Assembly: GCF_048593235.1 (NCBI RefSeq)
Contig: NC_133619.1
Location: forward strand, 297,614,454 to 297,678,453
Direction of reading: 5' to 3'
Length of the DNA stretch: 64,000 bases
Origin: Sminthopsis crassicaudata
Lineage: Eukaryota
Part shown: positions 40,675 to 53,665 of the stretch, in pieces
How positions within the stretch are numbered: the stretch's first letter is position 1
How the letters are laid out: every line of letters begins with the position of its first letter
The notes under the pieces: model-generated
Databases searched by the model: none
Told to the model about the DNA's origin: nothing
What the model saw: the letters and a program-made list of their open reading frames with translations, nothing else
Translations under genes and position numbers: made by a program

Positions 40675-41771
40675 CTAAAGAATAAAAAAAGTATTTTTAG
40701 TACATCATCTACAGAAAATTTACAATTAAATCATCTAATTTTTTCCTAATGATGGATCAAAGTGACTTTTCATTTTATTTCTTTAAATCAGAGCCAAGAC
40801 TGATATTTTAGAAATGACAATTTTGTCTTCTCCTTAGTGTACTTCAGTGGTAAAAGTTGAACCTGAAGTATTGATGCATTCTGAACATTTTTCCTTAATT
40901 TACATATCAAGATTTAGATATTAAAAATTTCCAACAACTTTGATTTCTGGTTTATTTAAACAATATGTGACAATACAAATATACAATATACAAAAAATGA
41001 AGATAAAATGCTGCTCCTGAAAAATGCAATCAACAGACCTGAATCACATTTTATTAAATACACAAAATCACCATTTTTTAATATTCCAGAATACCTGTAT
41101 ATTTTAATAGAGATTAATTAGTTCTTTGATTATCTGGATTGGAGTATATGGTATGTTGTAAGTATCCCTTGTTTCAAGTAGAACACAGGTCGTCACACCC
41201 TTTCTGACTTCTCAGGAAGGCCAAGAATCATTATCAGAGATGGGGAGCCAAACCAGACATTGTCAGCAGGTTCCCTCTGGGCTGAAGGGTCTTATGCCTT
41301 ACCCAGAGTTCCCCCATTATTTGCAGCCCTCTACAGTATGTAATTAATATTGCTCTTTAACACATGTAAACACACGCTCTTTCCACATGTAAAATGTTTT
41401 TTAATTGTACTTAAAAAAAAACTAATAAATGCTTATTTTTCTCCTAAAATATGGGAAGCTATGGTAAATGAGTTATACAATATCTAAGTTTAGATAAAAA
41501 CTTTGTGACTATTGTCTTTGTTTGTTTATGCCACTTGGGATTATCATTATGTTCTTAAATTTTTCTTCAATTTGACTGGAAGGTTATTATTGGTATTAAA
41601 ATTGGGAAAGCTTCCAGGATAAGGAAAACTATTTGGATATTTTCAAGCTCAATAGTCAAAGAGAGAGGGGAAGGATATAGAGAAAAGGACAAAGGGATAA
41701 GAACAAATGTGTGTTTAGTGTGCTAAGAACTGTCCAATTTTGATGGCATATATTATAATATTATTAGTATT

Positions 41772-42016
41772 GTTCATTCATTTTTTCAGTCATGTCTGAC
41801 TTTTTATAATTCCATTTAGGGTTTTCTTGGCAAAAATACTAAAGTGGCTTGCCATTTTCTTCTCCAGATCATTTTTACAAATGAGGATACTGAAGTAAAC
41901 AGAGTTAGATGACTTACCCAGCTAGTAAATGTCTTAGGCAGATTTGAACTCAGGAAGATGAGTTTTCCTGACTCCAGGACTAGCACTCTATCCACTTTGC
42001 AACACCTAGCTGTCCT
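41772..42016 (-). mobile_element. MAR1-type SINE
   Basis: ttcagtcatgtctgact...gggttttcttggcaaaaatact...gatttgaactcaggaagatgag...ctctatccact...cacctagctg. Confidence 0.85.
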
Positions 42017-42123
42017 AATATTTATTGTATGACACAATATTATGAAATAATCACATTGTTAAATTATAAGCTGATCATTAGCTTTCAAATATGATCTGAC
42101 CAATGGCTTAACAATATTACATT

Positions 42124-42272
42124 AGGAGCAGCTAGATGGTGCAGTGAAAAGAGCACCACCTTTGAAGTCAGGACAATTCAATCTGGCCTCAGACAATTGA
42201 TGCTTGCTAGTTGTGCAATCCTGGGCAAGTCACAACACTAATTGCCTTGCCAAAAAACAACAACAACAATAA
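42124..42272 (+). mobile_element. WSINE1-like SINE
   Basis: gcagctagatggtgcagtg...agagcacc...tctggcctcagaca...ctgggcaagtcac...aattgccttgcc plus (AAC)n tail. Confidence 0.8.
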
Positions 42273-43219
42273 TTATAATTAGTTGTTGATATTAAAACAA
42301 GGATTTTAGAAGGATGACCATAAGAGCCATAAAAATTTACCTAGCCAGGATAACAAACATTTTACTGTTTGAGAAACAAATAATGCAAATAGAATTCATT
42401 GATGTAATTATTCCATTTAAGAGAAATTCTGCCTGAAAAATATAAACAAGTATATGATTATGGCAGAAAAGTGAAAGCCAATGTAGAGACTGAGAAATAT
42501 CTAAAGAAAGATATTCTTCCTGGCTAGTGTCACAATTTCATAATAATGTAGCATATTCGTCTTTGTTACTCCAGAAGGTGACATTTGTAAATATGTGGTT
42601 AAAAGGAAAATTTTATTCCAGCAAAACATTTTTGCCAAGTATTAGCCTAGTAAGACTATTGTTAAAATGAATCCAGAAGAACTGCATATCTAAGCTATAA
42701 AATAATAAAAATGATACAGTTTCCTTGCAATTTTGCATTTACATCTCTAATGTCTAGCATAATAAATGTTTGCTTGATGATTCCAACATTATGATTTTAA
42801 AATTTTGTTAGTTTGTTCTTTTCCCTCAACTAGGCAGGATATTGGGGACCAATCTAGCTTCTTACAGATTTCCAAGAGCAACTTTTCTGATGAACTGAAA
42901 TGAATCCAAGGGATTCAGGTATTTAAAATTTGAAATGAAAATTCATAAAGGAAAGCAAACAAAACCTTGAGCAAAGGCAACATTTTTAATATGGTCTCAT
43001 ATTTTCATGAATAATAATCCTTTTAGTCAAGCTTCTGCTTGAGTTAGTTTGATATTTTTAGTTATATTTAGAGAGTGTACTACTATATTTCATTGTACTC
43101 AAGGAGATTTACTTGCTGTATTAAAATAAAGCAAATATCATCTTTGAGTCCACAAAAATGCCTAGTTAAAGAGTGCAGGTAGAAAGATGACTAACAAAAG
43201 TCTTGCAAAATGATCTTCA

Positions 43220-43507
<288 letters not shown>

Positions 43508-43784
43508 CTATTTTTAAAAGTTATTCATTACAAAACTGAGAGAAACCTATAGAACACAAAAAGGTTTAAGTTTGGGTTCTTAGTTGGGTATTTTTGCTTA
43601 TACAAAGGCCACATACTTATATAATATTTTCCAGCTCTCATTCACTACTAATGGAATTTGCTATCCCATTTATGCTCGGGATTATGAATTCTGATAAAAG
43701 TAATACTAATTTCAGAACCTAGGATAGCACCTTAAATGCTTGTTAATTGATAAACAGCTTTGGCACTTGTGGCTCTGTTAGCTA

Positions 43785-43925
43785 GAGTCATAGAATCATA
43801 AGTTAAGAGGTAAAAGGGCTTTTAGAAAGTCTCTGACATACTCTCATTTTACAGATGGAGGAACTGAGCCCAGAGAGATTTCACAGGTGGCAGAGGTGTT
43901 TCTGAGCTTAGGTCCTCTTAATACA
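43785..43925 (-). mobile_element. MIR3-like CORE-SINE fragment
   Basis: tcatagaatcataag...ctcattttacagatggaggaactgagcccagagag. Confidence 0.6.
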
Positions 43926-44034
43926 CATCTTTCCATTCCTTAAATATTAGAAAACAATTTCAAAGAAAACCTCTGACTAAATTAGAAAGACTAGTTTTTC
44001 GTACAATGACAGCATTTTAATTCTATCAAGCTGG

Positions 44035-44130
44035 ACAAGGGAGATAATGAAGGACAGAAGATCCTGGCATGCTGTGGTCAATAGAGTCAATGAAGAAACT
44101 AAGCAACTGAATAACAACAATAATAACAGC
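44035..44130 (+). mobile_element. RTE/BovB-type 3' tail fragment
   Basis: gaaggacagaagatcctggcatgctgtggtcaatagagtc...actgaataacaacaa, resembling the RTE/BovB terminus. Confidence 0.6.
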
Positions 44131-44220
44131 TTAGTACATATGATGCTCAGTACAGAGAGCCATGCACAATGTAAGTACTCGATAAATACAGAGGATTTGT
44201 GTGCAATTTTCATTTCTTAC

Positions 44221-44269
44221 CTTTGTTTTTCTTCTTTGATTTATGTTGCAGAGAAGACTGCTGAAATGT
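44221..44269 (-). CDS. CNKSR2: CNKSR2 coding exon (~exon 14), 49 nt, TFQQSSLQHKSKKKNK+G
   Basis: Acceptor ttttatttcag|ACATTT and donor AACAAAG|gtaaga. Phase 0 in, phase 1 out, matching the next exon. Confidence 0.95.
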
Positions 44270-44464
44270 CTGAAATAAAAAATATGAAAGAATGGTGAAC
44301 ACAGAATTAGTGGACACACTTCTGCATTCCAGGGTTGTTCCATTTAACAATGATATTTAAATCTACAAGGTGATACTTGAACCTTTTATTTTCCCATTAA
44401 AGACTTCCCAAATAAAGTTATCCATGCTATCTGGCTTATGTTATTATTTTTTCCTAGGAAGATA

Positions 44465-44680
44465 GTAGCAAGGTGGTCTATTATACAGTGTTGGGAATCT
44501 TAGGTTTAATTCTAGGTTCTGCCACTTACTCTGGATGTCAATTCACATTTCTAAACTTCAATTGGTTCATTGTAAAAAAATTAGCATAATAATACTTGCA
44601 ATAACCACTTTATAAGGTTGTTATGGGGTCAGATAATTGGAAGCCTTTAATATACTAGAGAAACACAAATTATTATCAGG
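44465..44680 (+). mobile_element. MIR-type SINE
   Basis: tctaggttctgccacttac...ggttcattgtaaaa...aaggttgttatggggtc. Confidence 0.5.
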
Positions 44681-46240
44681 ATAGACAGGTTAGATTTTTC
44701 TGTTTTTTATAGAGGGTTGATTACACTAAGGAGAGTATAAGCGAATGGAAACAAATCCAAGTCATCCAAGTATTTGGTGTGTCTTGTTTTGTATCACACA
44801 ATCAGTATGTGTCAGAACACTAATATATCCATTATACTGTACTTTGTCTTGTTGCTGTCTCTCAGGATGAGCAATTTCCCCCCCCCCCCAAAAAAAAAGC
44901 CAAGCCCACTTATTAACAGACATGGAGGTACAACTTTTTTGAATTTAAGGAGTGGTCAACTCATATCTTTTTTATTTGTACTATAGTCTTCCCATAGTAC
45001 TTGTATCTTTCTGTACTATTTGGACAATAAATAACATTAAGCAGGACTACTGTCCTCCATGAGAATTCATTATATAGCCAAATGAACTTACAAAGTATAT
45101 AAACAAGAGTATAATAATTCTAATTACTAAAAAATTAATATTCCAAAAATATTAAGGTAAGTTTCTATTAAGTTTTAAATCTTCCAATTGCCTTTAAAAT
45201 TATCCCATTGATAAAAATGCTTTATATAGCTTTCCAGAAACACAGTGACAATTTTATTGGCATTCCAGAGTATTTCTAGTAGCAGATGCCTAGACTAATT
45301 TCTTTTTTCCCTCTTTAGTGACTTATAAGGAACTGTCAGACTTCAAAAATTGATCTAATTCAAAGGTAGGTCTTTGTAGTTATTGCTAAGTTGCTTGTAA
45401 AAAAAGGAACATGACTTATTTTATTTTATTTTTTTAATCTAGGGCTTAGAAATCAAACTATAAAAAAGAAATCAAACTATAAAATTATCTTTTTGAAACA
45501 CAATTTCTTTCCCCAATGAAAGCAAAAGCATATCCGAAAGTAGCCTTTTTGCACTTCTCAACTAAAACAAGTTACTTAGACTCTCAGTTTCTTTGGTAAT
45601 GCACACTTCTCCTTATTTTTAAAGTATTTGCAAATGAGAGGGAGCTCAGTTAATGCTATGTCCCAAAGACTAAAGTTATGTCACCTTTCCTCCCACAAAT
45701 TTAGAAAAATGAAAAAACCTCTAACTCATATTTTTCTTGAAAAAATTGGGCAAATATATTTTAAACTGAGTGTTGATTCTCTATTTTGTATGTTGACAGA
45801 AACTAGTTACCGATCAAGAGCCTTGAATTTAGTTAATGTGAACCTAGTGAAATTTCTTATTATTGAAAATCAGAAGTGGATTTGATTTCCTTTAAATTTT
45901 TATCCCAAACTGGATAACTGTTTTTTTTTAAAGAGTACACTCATGAAATCTAAGTACTGTGCTATCTTGCAAAATTTCTGAAAGAACCACAGAAGGAACA
46001 TTGAATCTAGTAGATGCTCTCATGTTCTCCTTTTCTGTGTCATGGAGGTAAGATATAGCATCATGATTTCAATTTATGGGTATCTCAAAAAAGATAGTTC
46101 TATTTCCTTCAAATGTTTTAATAGCAAATAAAGATATATCTCCAACACAAAGCTAGAATTGTTTATTTCAACTGTTCAGTATATTTAGCAATCTGCTAAT
46201 TAATTGGTATGTCTAATTTCTCTTACCCTATGAAAATGTC

Positions 46241-46242
46241 AT

Positions 46243-46285
<43 letters not shown>

Positions 46286-46288
46286 TTT
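46241..46288. repeat. (ATTT)12 microsatellite
   Basis: Directly visible. Confidence 0.95.
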
Positions 46289-49200
46289 TGCATTATATAG
46301 ATACAGTCTAGGAGTGATTTTCTTTCATTTTCACTATTTAGTTTATCTTCTAATATGGGTGTTCCACAGGAAATAACATAATTAGAAGATAGCAGGAAAA
46401 TAGAAAATGAAAAGAGTTGGCTAGGAATATGGACTGAGCAGCTATGAAAAAAGCATTCTGCATACACATGTCCATTATCTCATTGATAAAATTTTGGATT
46501 TTAATTTTAATTCTAGGAAAAGACTCCTTTTTGTTGCAGGCTTTTCTATTTTACATCTCTCTTCTAATTCCTAAATTCATTTATGGGAAAATTAGAATAG
46601 AAACTGGTTAACCAGTTTCTAGTTCAGATTTTATTCCAAGTTCAAAACATAGTGTAGATATCACTGAAAGCAATTATTAAACTCATATTAATCATAGTAC
46701 TACATGTTTGTAAAGTAGGTTATATTTTTTTTACTTTCAGTATGCTTTTCTGTCAAATGGTTTATCACAGGAAAAGCACAGGAAATCTTCTTAATGTATT
46801 TGAATTATTTTTAGTAACTAAAATTTTTATAATTTATTCATATAACAATAATTTCCATCTCAAGGAAATTGTTTTTAAACATACTATACATATGTACTTA
46901 TATTGGGTTTATCCTTTTCATGATGAAAAATATTGGCATGTAAACTCCTTAAGGCAGAGACTGTTTCTTTTGTTGTTATATCCCTAGAATCTAGGATAGC
47001 ACCTGACATACTATAGGCACTTAATAAATACTTGATACTTAATTAAAATTATTTTATTTTTTTAAAAGTTAATCATTTTTTGATAAAAATGTTGATTTTT
47101 CTCAATCCTTCTTTTTCGGAAACCATTTTATTTACTAATGTTTTATAAAGCCTGGCTTTGCATCCTTGTAAGATAAATTTTAATATGGAATGATTATCTT
47201 ATTCCTTAGGCACTGTATGAATAAATAAATATCTATTTAGATGAAAGAAACTAGTACACAACACTATTTCATCAAGGACTTTTCAATTCTGTTTGTTTCT
47301 TTGCATCATTTCACCTGAGCTTAAATGCCTTAATCTCTCTTCAATGAGAAAAATGAATGGACTTCATGGGAACAAATTCAAGATAAATGAAAAAGAATGA
47401 ATTAATTCCAAATATAGAATGCAAAAGTCACTTTAAGGCATGATTCAGTTATTACTATAACTACTATGTATGATTGCTTTTCATGATATATTTATATAAA
47501 ATGGTAAAAATCCCCCTTAGCTTCTAATAATTATTTAAAAAACTATATACTTTGCAAAAACAAATGACTTTTAGAAATGCACATTAATTTTAAGTGAAGT
47601 GTTCAAAATATCCAAATTATTGCCTACTTGATAAATTATACTATTACATTTATGCAGAAATATATTTCAGATTATATTTGCTGGAGGTTAAATGATGACA
47701 GAGAATCAAAGTTGGCCAACTTAAAATGTTATCCTAATTCAAGAAAACTCAGCTCATTAAATTAAGAGATTAGAATCTGTAAAAAAAAAAGTAAATTGAT
47801 TGTATTGTAATCAAAGACTTTTTTTTTAAGGTAAAGAATGAAGTTGGATATGACAGAGTGTTTAATGCTAATGAAACACCTCAGATGAAATGTGTTTAGC
47901 TCTTTAAATTTTACAAAGTCCTTTATATAATTATTGTATTCAACTCTCATAACCCTGTGAGGTGGATTGGCATTTTTATCCCCATTTTACACATGAGGAA
48001 ACTAAGGTTTATAGGGTAACAATAAGTGTCAGTATTTGATCCAACATTTCTCTTGTCTCCCTTCTTGCTGCTTAAAAACAAATAAAAATAACTACACCAT
48101 TGTATCTCTCTAAATTATGCTCATATTCAGCACTAGTGAGGTTACTATAAGTAGATCATTGCACATTGAGAAACTTAATGCAACATTCTAATAATCGGAT
48201 GTTAATAGTAGTTTACAAATATCTCATTTAATTCATAAAACAACCTGGTAAAGTGTTAGTTATTATTATCTCATTTTCTGCAAAGGAAATTGAGCTTAAG
48301 TGGCCAAGTCCCTTGTCCAGGGACACACAGCTAATAGGTATTTCTGCAAATTCCCACTTCATTTTTTTCTTTTCTCTTTCTCTATTGGTTTACCAGTTTT
48401 AAAAAATGACAAAATGGGGATGATTGTTTTTAATAAGTTTATGAAATTCAATATACAAAATTCAAAGGGCTGTTCCAGATAAATTTCCAGATAACTTTTT
48501 AGAAATTGAAGAATTGCTTAAAATAAAAATTAACTGAAATTTTATGCTATTCTATTTACAATATCATGTTCCTGACATGATTTTTCAAGAAATTTAATAT
48601 ATCCCCTTTTGAAATATGAGGTTAGTTATACCCTCAATAATGTGATCTGTACCAAAGAGAAGATAGTGACTGATGTCTATTTTAAATACTTAAAATCTCA
48701 AATAATATATGATTAAATTAAAGTTTATAATTTTTAAAAGTAGACTAGTATTTGCTATATTGAAAGAGTTAATTAAATTGTCTGAAGCTGTTTGAAATTA
48801 GTTGAACAAAACAATTAAAATTATTCACTAGACATCCTACAGTCATTAGACATTCCTGCCCTAGAAACTATATATCCCAAATAGATTGTAATAATTTAAA
48901 TTACCATATACACTCAAGTTCTAGATAGCAAAATTTTTCTCATATCAAAAGTCACAGGATGATTTGCCTAAATTGTCCTGAAGAATAAATGCTATTCTTA
49001 CATAGCCATTCTTAATGGAATTCATCTCATTTTTTCCAATATGAATGATAGAAGTTTAATTGAATGCATCTTTTTCTCTTATGGTGATAATAACCAAAGA
49101 TTAATTAGAGGAACACTAAGAGCAACTAATGGAAAGTCATTAGAATAAAAGTGTAGCATATGCATTCTCCTTCTGCTTGATACTGTCAAATAAATTATTA

Positions 49201-51849
49201 TGAACAACTGAAAAAGAGGAAATCAGAAATAAGATTACAATCTTGTTATTAATTAGAATATTAATTGATGTATAAGTCAAATTTTTCAAAGAATCAATGA
49301 CATTATTCATATCTATCCCCTCCCATATTGTAGATGACAACCTATACTCACCTTATTCAGTTGTTCCATTCCATCTATGACCTTCCCAAAATTCCTATCC
49401 AATTTATGTAAAGACTTGACCCAATGTAGTGTAGAAGAAAAAAACATTAGATTCAATAATGGAGGACCTGGCTCTGTCATTTTCTACCTGTATAATGTGG
49501 GGCAAGTCATTTAGCCTCTCTGATTCTCATTCCCCTTCTATAACATGAAGCAATTGAGCTAAATGACAGTTATCACTTTCATTTCTAAATCTACAATCTG
49601 TTAGCATCCTAAAGGCACCAATGCAGCCCGTGTGCTGCCATACATCATTCTTTACTCCTGAGACATAGCTGTCCCTCTTTTGCTTATTTTTCTACACATC
49701 ATCTCTATGCCATTCATCACATATATTATTGCCTCCCAAATATTTCTCCACTTCTTTTTGGCTCGCTTGCACTTTGGAATCTTAGAAGGTAATTGAAACA
49801 TCTTTGCTTTATGGCAACATTGAAAAAAACTTGGAAACTTGAACCTTTATTTCCTCAGTCATTTCATCTTTCACCCAACACAGCCCTGAGAGAAAGATTT
49901 CAGTCACATTGGTTATGATTGGGATAGATGTAATCAGGTACCTCAACATACTCCTAGAGAAAGCCTGTGGCACTCAAGGAAGAGTCTGCTTCTTTGGAAA
50001 TCTTCTATGGAATATTGGGGAAAATGTATTCTTGATCTTTTCTCCTAGTCTGGATAATTAGAAACACAGATCAGCACTTTCTTTGCAACTTACAGATTCA
50101 GTCAGTTGCCTAGGAGAGATTAAATAAGTTCCTAGCATCATATAATTGATACCTATTAGAAGTGGACTTGAATCTAGATTTTCCTTGTTTTGAGGTGATA
50201 AGTAGTAGTTAAAAATATGTATGTCTGTGTTAGAGATCTTACTGAAAGTGCGGTTTCAGTAACGTGATCTATTCTTTCTCTTTTTCAAGTGTGAACCCAG
50301 TTCACTTATAGATCATTAGTGCCTGTTTAAAATTTATAAATTGCATATTATGTCCTTGGGAGTCAGATAGGATAGATTGGATGGATGCACCTTGTTATAT
50401 CTAGAGGTAGAATCATGGGCCATAGTTCCCAAACCTTCTGAAGGCCTGAGCTACAACATAACTTAAGTCTCCCCTTGTATTCTGGGTCTGGTACCAAAGC
50501 TGAGGAGACCTCTTTCCAGTTTGTGAGCAATCATCATCCATTGCTTAATAAATTGAAATGCTAGGAAACTTGAGCCTTTGTTTCCTCAGTCATTTCATCT
50601 TTTATTCAATACAGAGAGAAGCATTTCAATGGCAGTGGGTATAAATGGGGTAGGTGTAACTCAGGTAGTTGAACATATTCCTAGAGAAAGCCAGTGGCAC
50701 TCAAAGCAGAGTCTGCTTATTCCTATGCAGGCCTTGGGAAAATGTATTCTTGATCCTTTCTTCCAGTCTGGATAATTAGAAATTTCTATTTTGAATGGTT
50801 ATGTTGTCACCAAGGAAGTTAATACTTGATATACATATTATCTGCATCTATTGGAAGTATCTGGAAGATCTTAACATTGATGGGATTTCCCCTTCATTTG
50901 GATTCTCTAAGAGAAAATTTTCATGACAATGGTGGTATTATTGAATAATTATGTCTGTGATTGTAACTACCAAAAAATCTTAACATATGCATGCATAAAT
51001 GTAGAAAGAAGGCATTTATTAAGTGTTTACTATGTGCAAAACTTTGTACTAGGTATTAAAATACAAATAGAAAATTAGATAATACATGCTCTCAAGGACT
51101 TACAATCTAATGAGGGTACAAGCAGTTATAGAAAGTTTCAAATGTAAATCAGATGGAAAGTTCCCATGGTTTTTAAGGTGTAGGTGATGAATAGGAAAAA
51201 AAAAAAGCAAAACTCTTGCTGGAGAAGAACTTTTAAAACTAACATCTGTTCTGTTTAGCTACATGCCTTTTTGGTATTAGCAAACAAGAACATAGCAATA
51301 TATTGCATTCTTTAAATCTTTCATTCAATTTGTGACTGTGGATCTGCCACAGAATACTGTTTCTGAAAGTCTGTTCATTTCTTATAGTTTCATCAAGAAT
51401 ACCCTAAGGAAATGTGTAGATTATTTTCATAAATAGTTCATAGAAAGGAGATAATAGTTTTATGATTCAATAATTATTAATGTCTTTTCTTGATTCTTTT
51501 CCAGTTTTCAAACTGCCATGCTCTTTTTCTAGTCATTTCTGGACAGAAAAAAATAGATGAGGAATTTTGGAAATAGATAATATTCATGGAGGACTTCACT
51601 TCTCCACACATTTGGAATGCCTCTATTATTAAAAGCTGAGTAGTCAGTAACTCCATGGCTTATATTGATGATCATTTCATTCTTTAAGGGGCAGAATTGC
51701 TGAAAAAGAAAATTAAATTTTAGGTGACATTAAATTGGGAATGGGGATAGCTAGCACAGTGAATGCCAGAATCAGGAACAAATAAGGTCAGAGTATTGTA
51801 TTGAATCTAATAAAATTAAAATCATCTAGAATAAAATGTTGTCTCAAAT

Positions 51850-52560
51850 GGGTTCAAAATCATTAAGAATGGAGAGAAGGCATGACTAAATAGTAATTTG
51901 CCTGAAAATATGAAGTTATAGTAGACTTCAAACTCAGCATAATAAACAATGTAATGCAGCAAGCAAAAATGTTAATATGATCTTGAGCTACAATGAAAAA
52001 TTTGATTTGATTTCCAGGAAAAGAGAGAGAAAATGATGGCCCCTCTGTATTTTGCCTTGACCCAATAGTAGCGGGAATTTTGTGTTCAGTTTGGAATGCC
52101 ATAATTCAAAAAGGATTATCAAGGAGAACTTGAGAATGTCCAGCTCGGGCAACTACAAGAGCCTCAGATTCATGTCATATGCATATTGAATGAAAGAACT
52201 GGGAATGTTTGGCCAGGAGAGGAGAAGACTATGCGTGTCAACAATTTTCAAATATTTCAGCTATTGTGTGGAAAGGGATTTGACTTGTCTTATTTCATTA
52301 AAAAGGAGTAATGAGAAACGAATAGAAGTTACAAAGAGGAAAATTTAAGTTTGTCAAAGTTCTCCCATAATTTTCTAACAATTAAAGATGTTCAAAAATT
52401 TGAATGGACTACTTTCAGAAGCAATGGGTTCTTCCTTAATGGAGATAATCAGAATCTAGATGACCACTTGTTTGGTATATCACAGGAGGTCTGCCTTTCA
52501 CTTGTGGTTTGGATGATACAGGTGCTAAGGGCCTTTCCAACTTTCAAAATTCTGTGATTC
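51850..52560 (+). mobile_element. L3/CR1 LINE 3' end
   Basis: caatgtaatgcagcaagcaaaaatgttaatatgatcttgagct...ttctaacaattaaagatgttcaaaaa...tagatgaccacttg...cctttccaactttcaaaattctgtgattct, the CR1/L3 terminus. Confidence 0.8.
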
Positions 52561-53079
52561 TCCTCCTGAGAGTTTGTAGGTTTTCTCCCAGGTATCATAA
52601 AAATTTATTTCTCTTTCAATATGGAGTTCTTCTGTGTGTGCTTGATTTGGTTGAGATGCTCTTTTTGACTTTATCTTCTTAGGTGCTATTTCCACATCTA
52701 GTTTTAATCTACTCACAGAGGCCCTATAGTCTAAAAATAACAGTGCCACAAGGGTGAAACTATTATGGCATGGAAATGCTGACAGATCTGCTCCCTTTTC
52801 CCTCTCTTTGTTGTCCTCTTTCTAGTTTCATTAAAAAATGGTCCTGGACATGTCAGGCTTGATTTTGGTCTACACCAAGTTTTCCAAAGACTCATATTTT
52901 CCTCCATTACTCTTCACTATTATATGAGCTAACAAGAAATCATCTTAGATTTTTAATGTTATTGCTATTTGGTTATGTTTGACTCTTGATGACCCAATTT
53001 AAGGTTTTCTTGGCAAAGATATTAGAGAAGTTTGTCATTTCCTTCTCTAACTTATGAGGAAAATGACACAAACTGAGAC

Positions 53080-53665
53080 TCAGATGTACAGAAATATTTA
53101 TAGCAGTTCTTTTTGTAGTGGCAAAGAACTGAAAACTGATATGATACATATCAATTGGGGAATGGCTGAATAAGTTATGGTATATAAATGTGATAGAATA
53201 CTAGTGTACTATAAGAAATGATAAGGGGTCTGATTTTTAAAAAAGTCTGGGAAGACTTGAATGAACTGATACACAATAAAGTGAGCAAAGCTGGAAAACA
53301 ATTTATATAGAAACATCAATATTGTAAAGATAATTAACTTTGAAAGATTTAGTAACTCTGAGTAACACAGTGACCAATCACAATTCCAAGGATTTATAAA
53401 ACACGTTATTTACCTACAGAGAGAGAACTGACGAATTGAGTCCAAATTAAATCATATTTTCTTCTACTTCTTTGGACCATAGTTAATATGGAAAATTGTT
53501 TTGCATGATTATATATATATATATATATATACACACACATATATATATGTAATGGGTTTATTTTATTTTATGTTGTCTTCTCAGTGAATCATGGAGGGGA
53601 GATAGGGAGAAAGAAATTTTGGAACTGAAAATAAAGTGAAATTGAATTAATAAAAAAGAAAAAAT
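53080..53665 (+). mobile_element. L1 3' end
   Basis: atatttatagcagttctttttgtagtggcaaagaactg...caattggggaatggctgaataagttatggtat...gaagacttgaatgaactgat, with an A-rich tail. Similar to the element at 6780-7310. Confidence 0.85.

Noticed and set aside
49820-50782. Direct repeats as LTRs of a miniature retroelement (TRIM-like)
   Set aside because: No primer-binding site after copy 1, no polypurine tract before copy 2, and no TSD.
52525-52749. 74-aa minus-strand ORF (…ASVSRLKLDVEIAPKKIKSKRASQ…) as a missing CNKSR2 exon
   Set aside because: No match to CNKSR2 as I recall it, no suitable donor at its end, and it runs into the antisense end of the L3 element.
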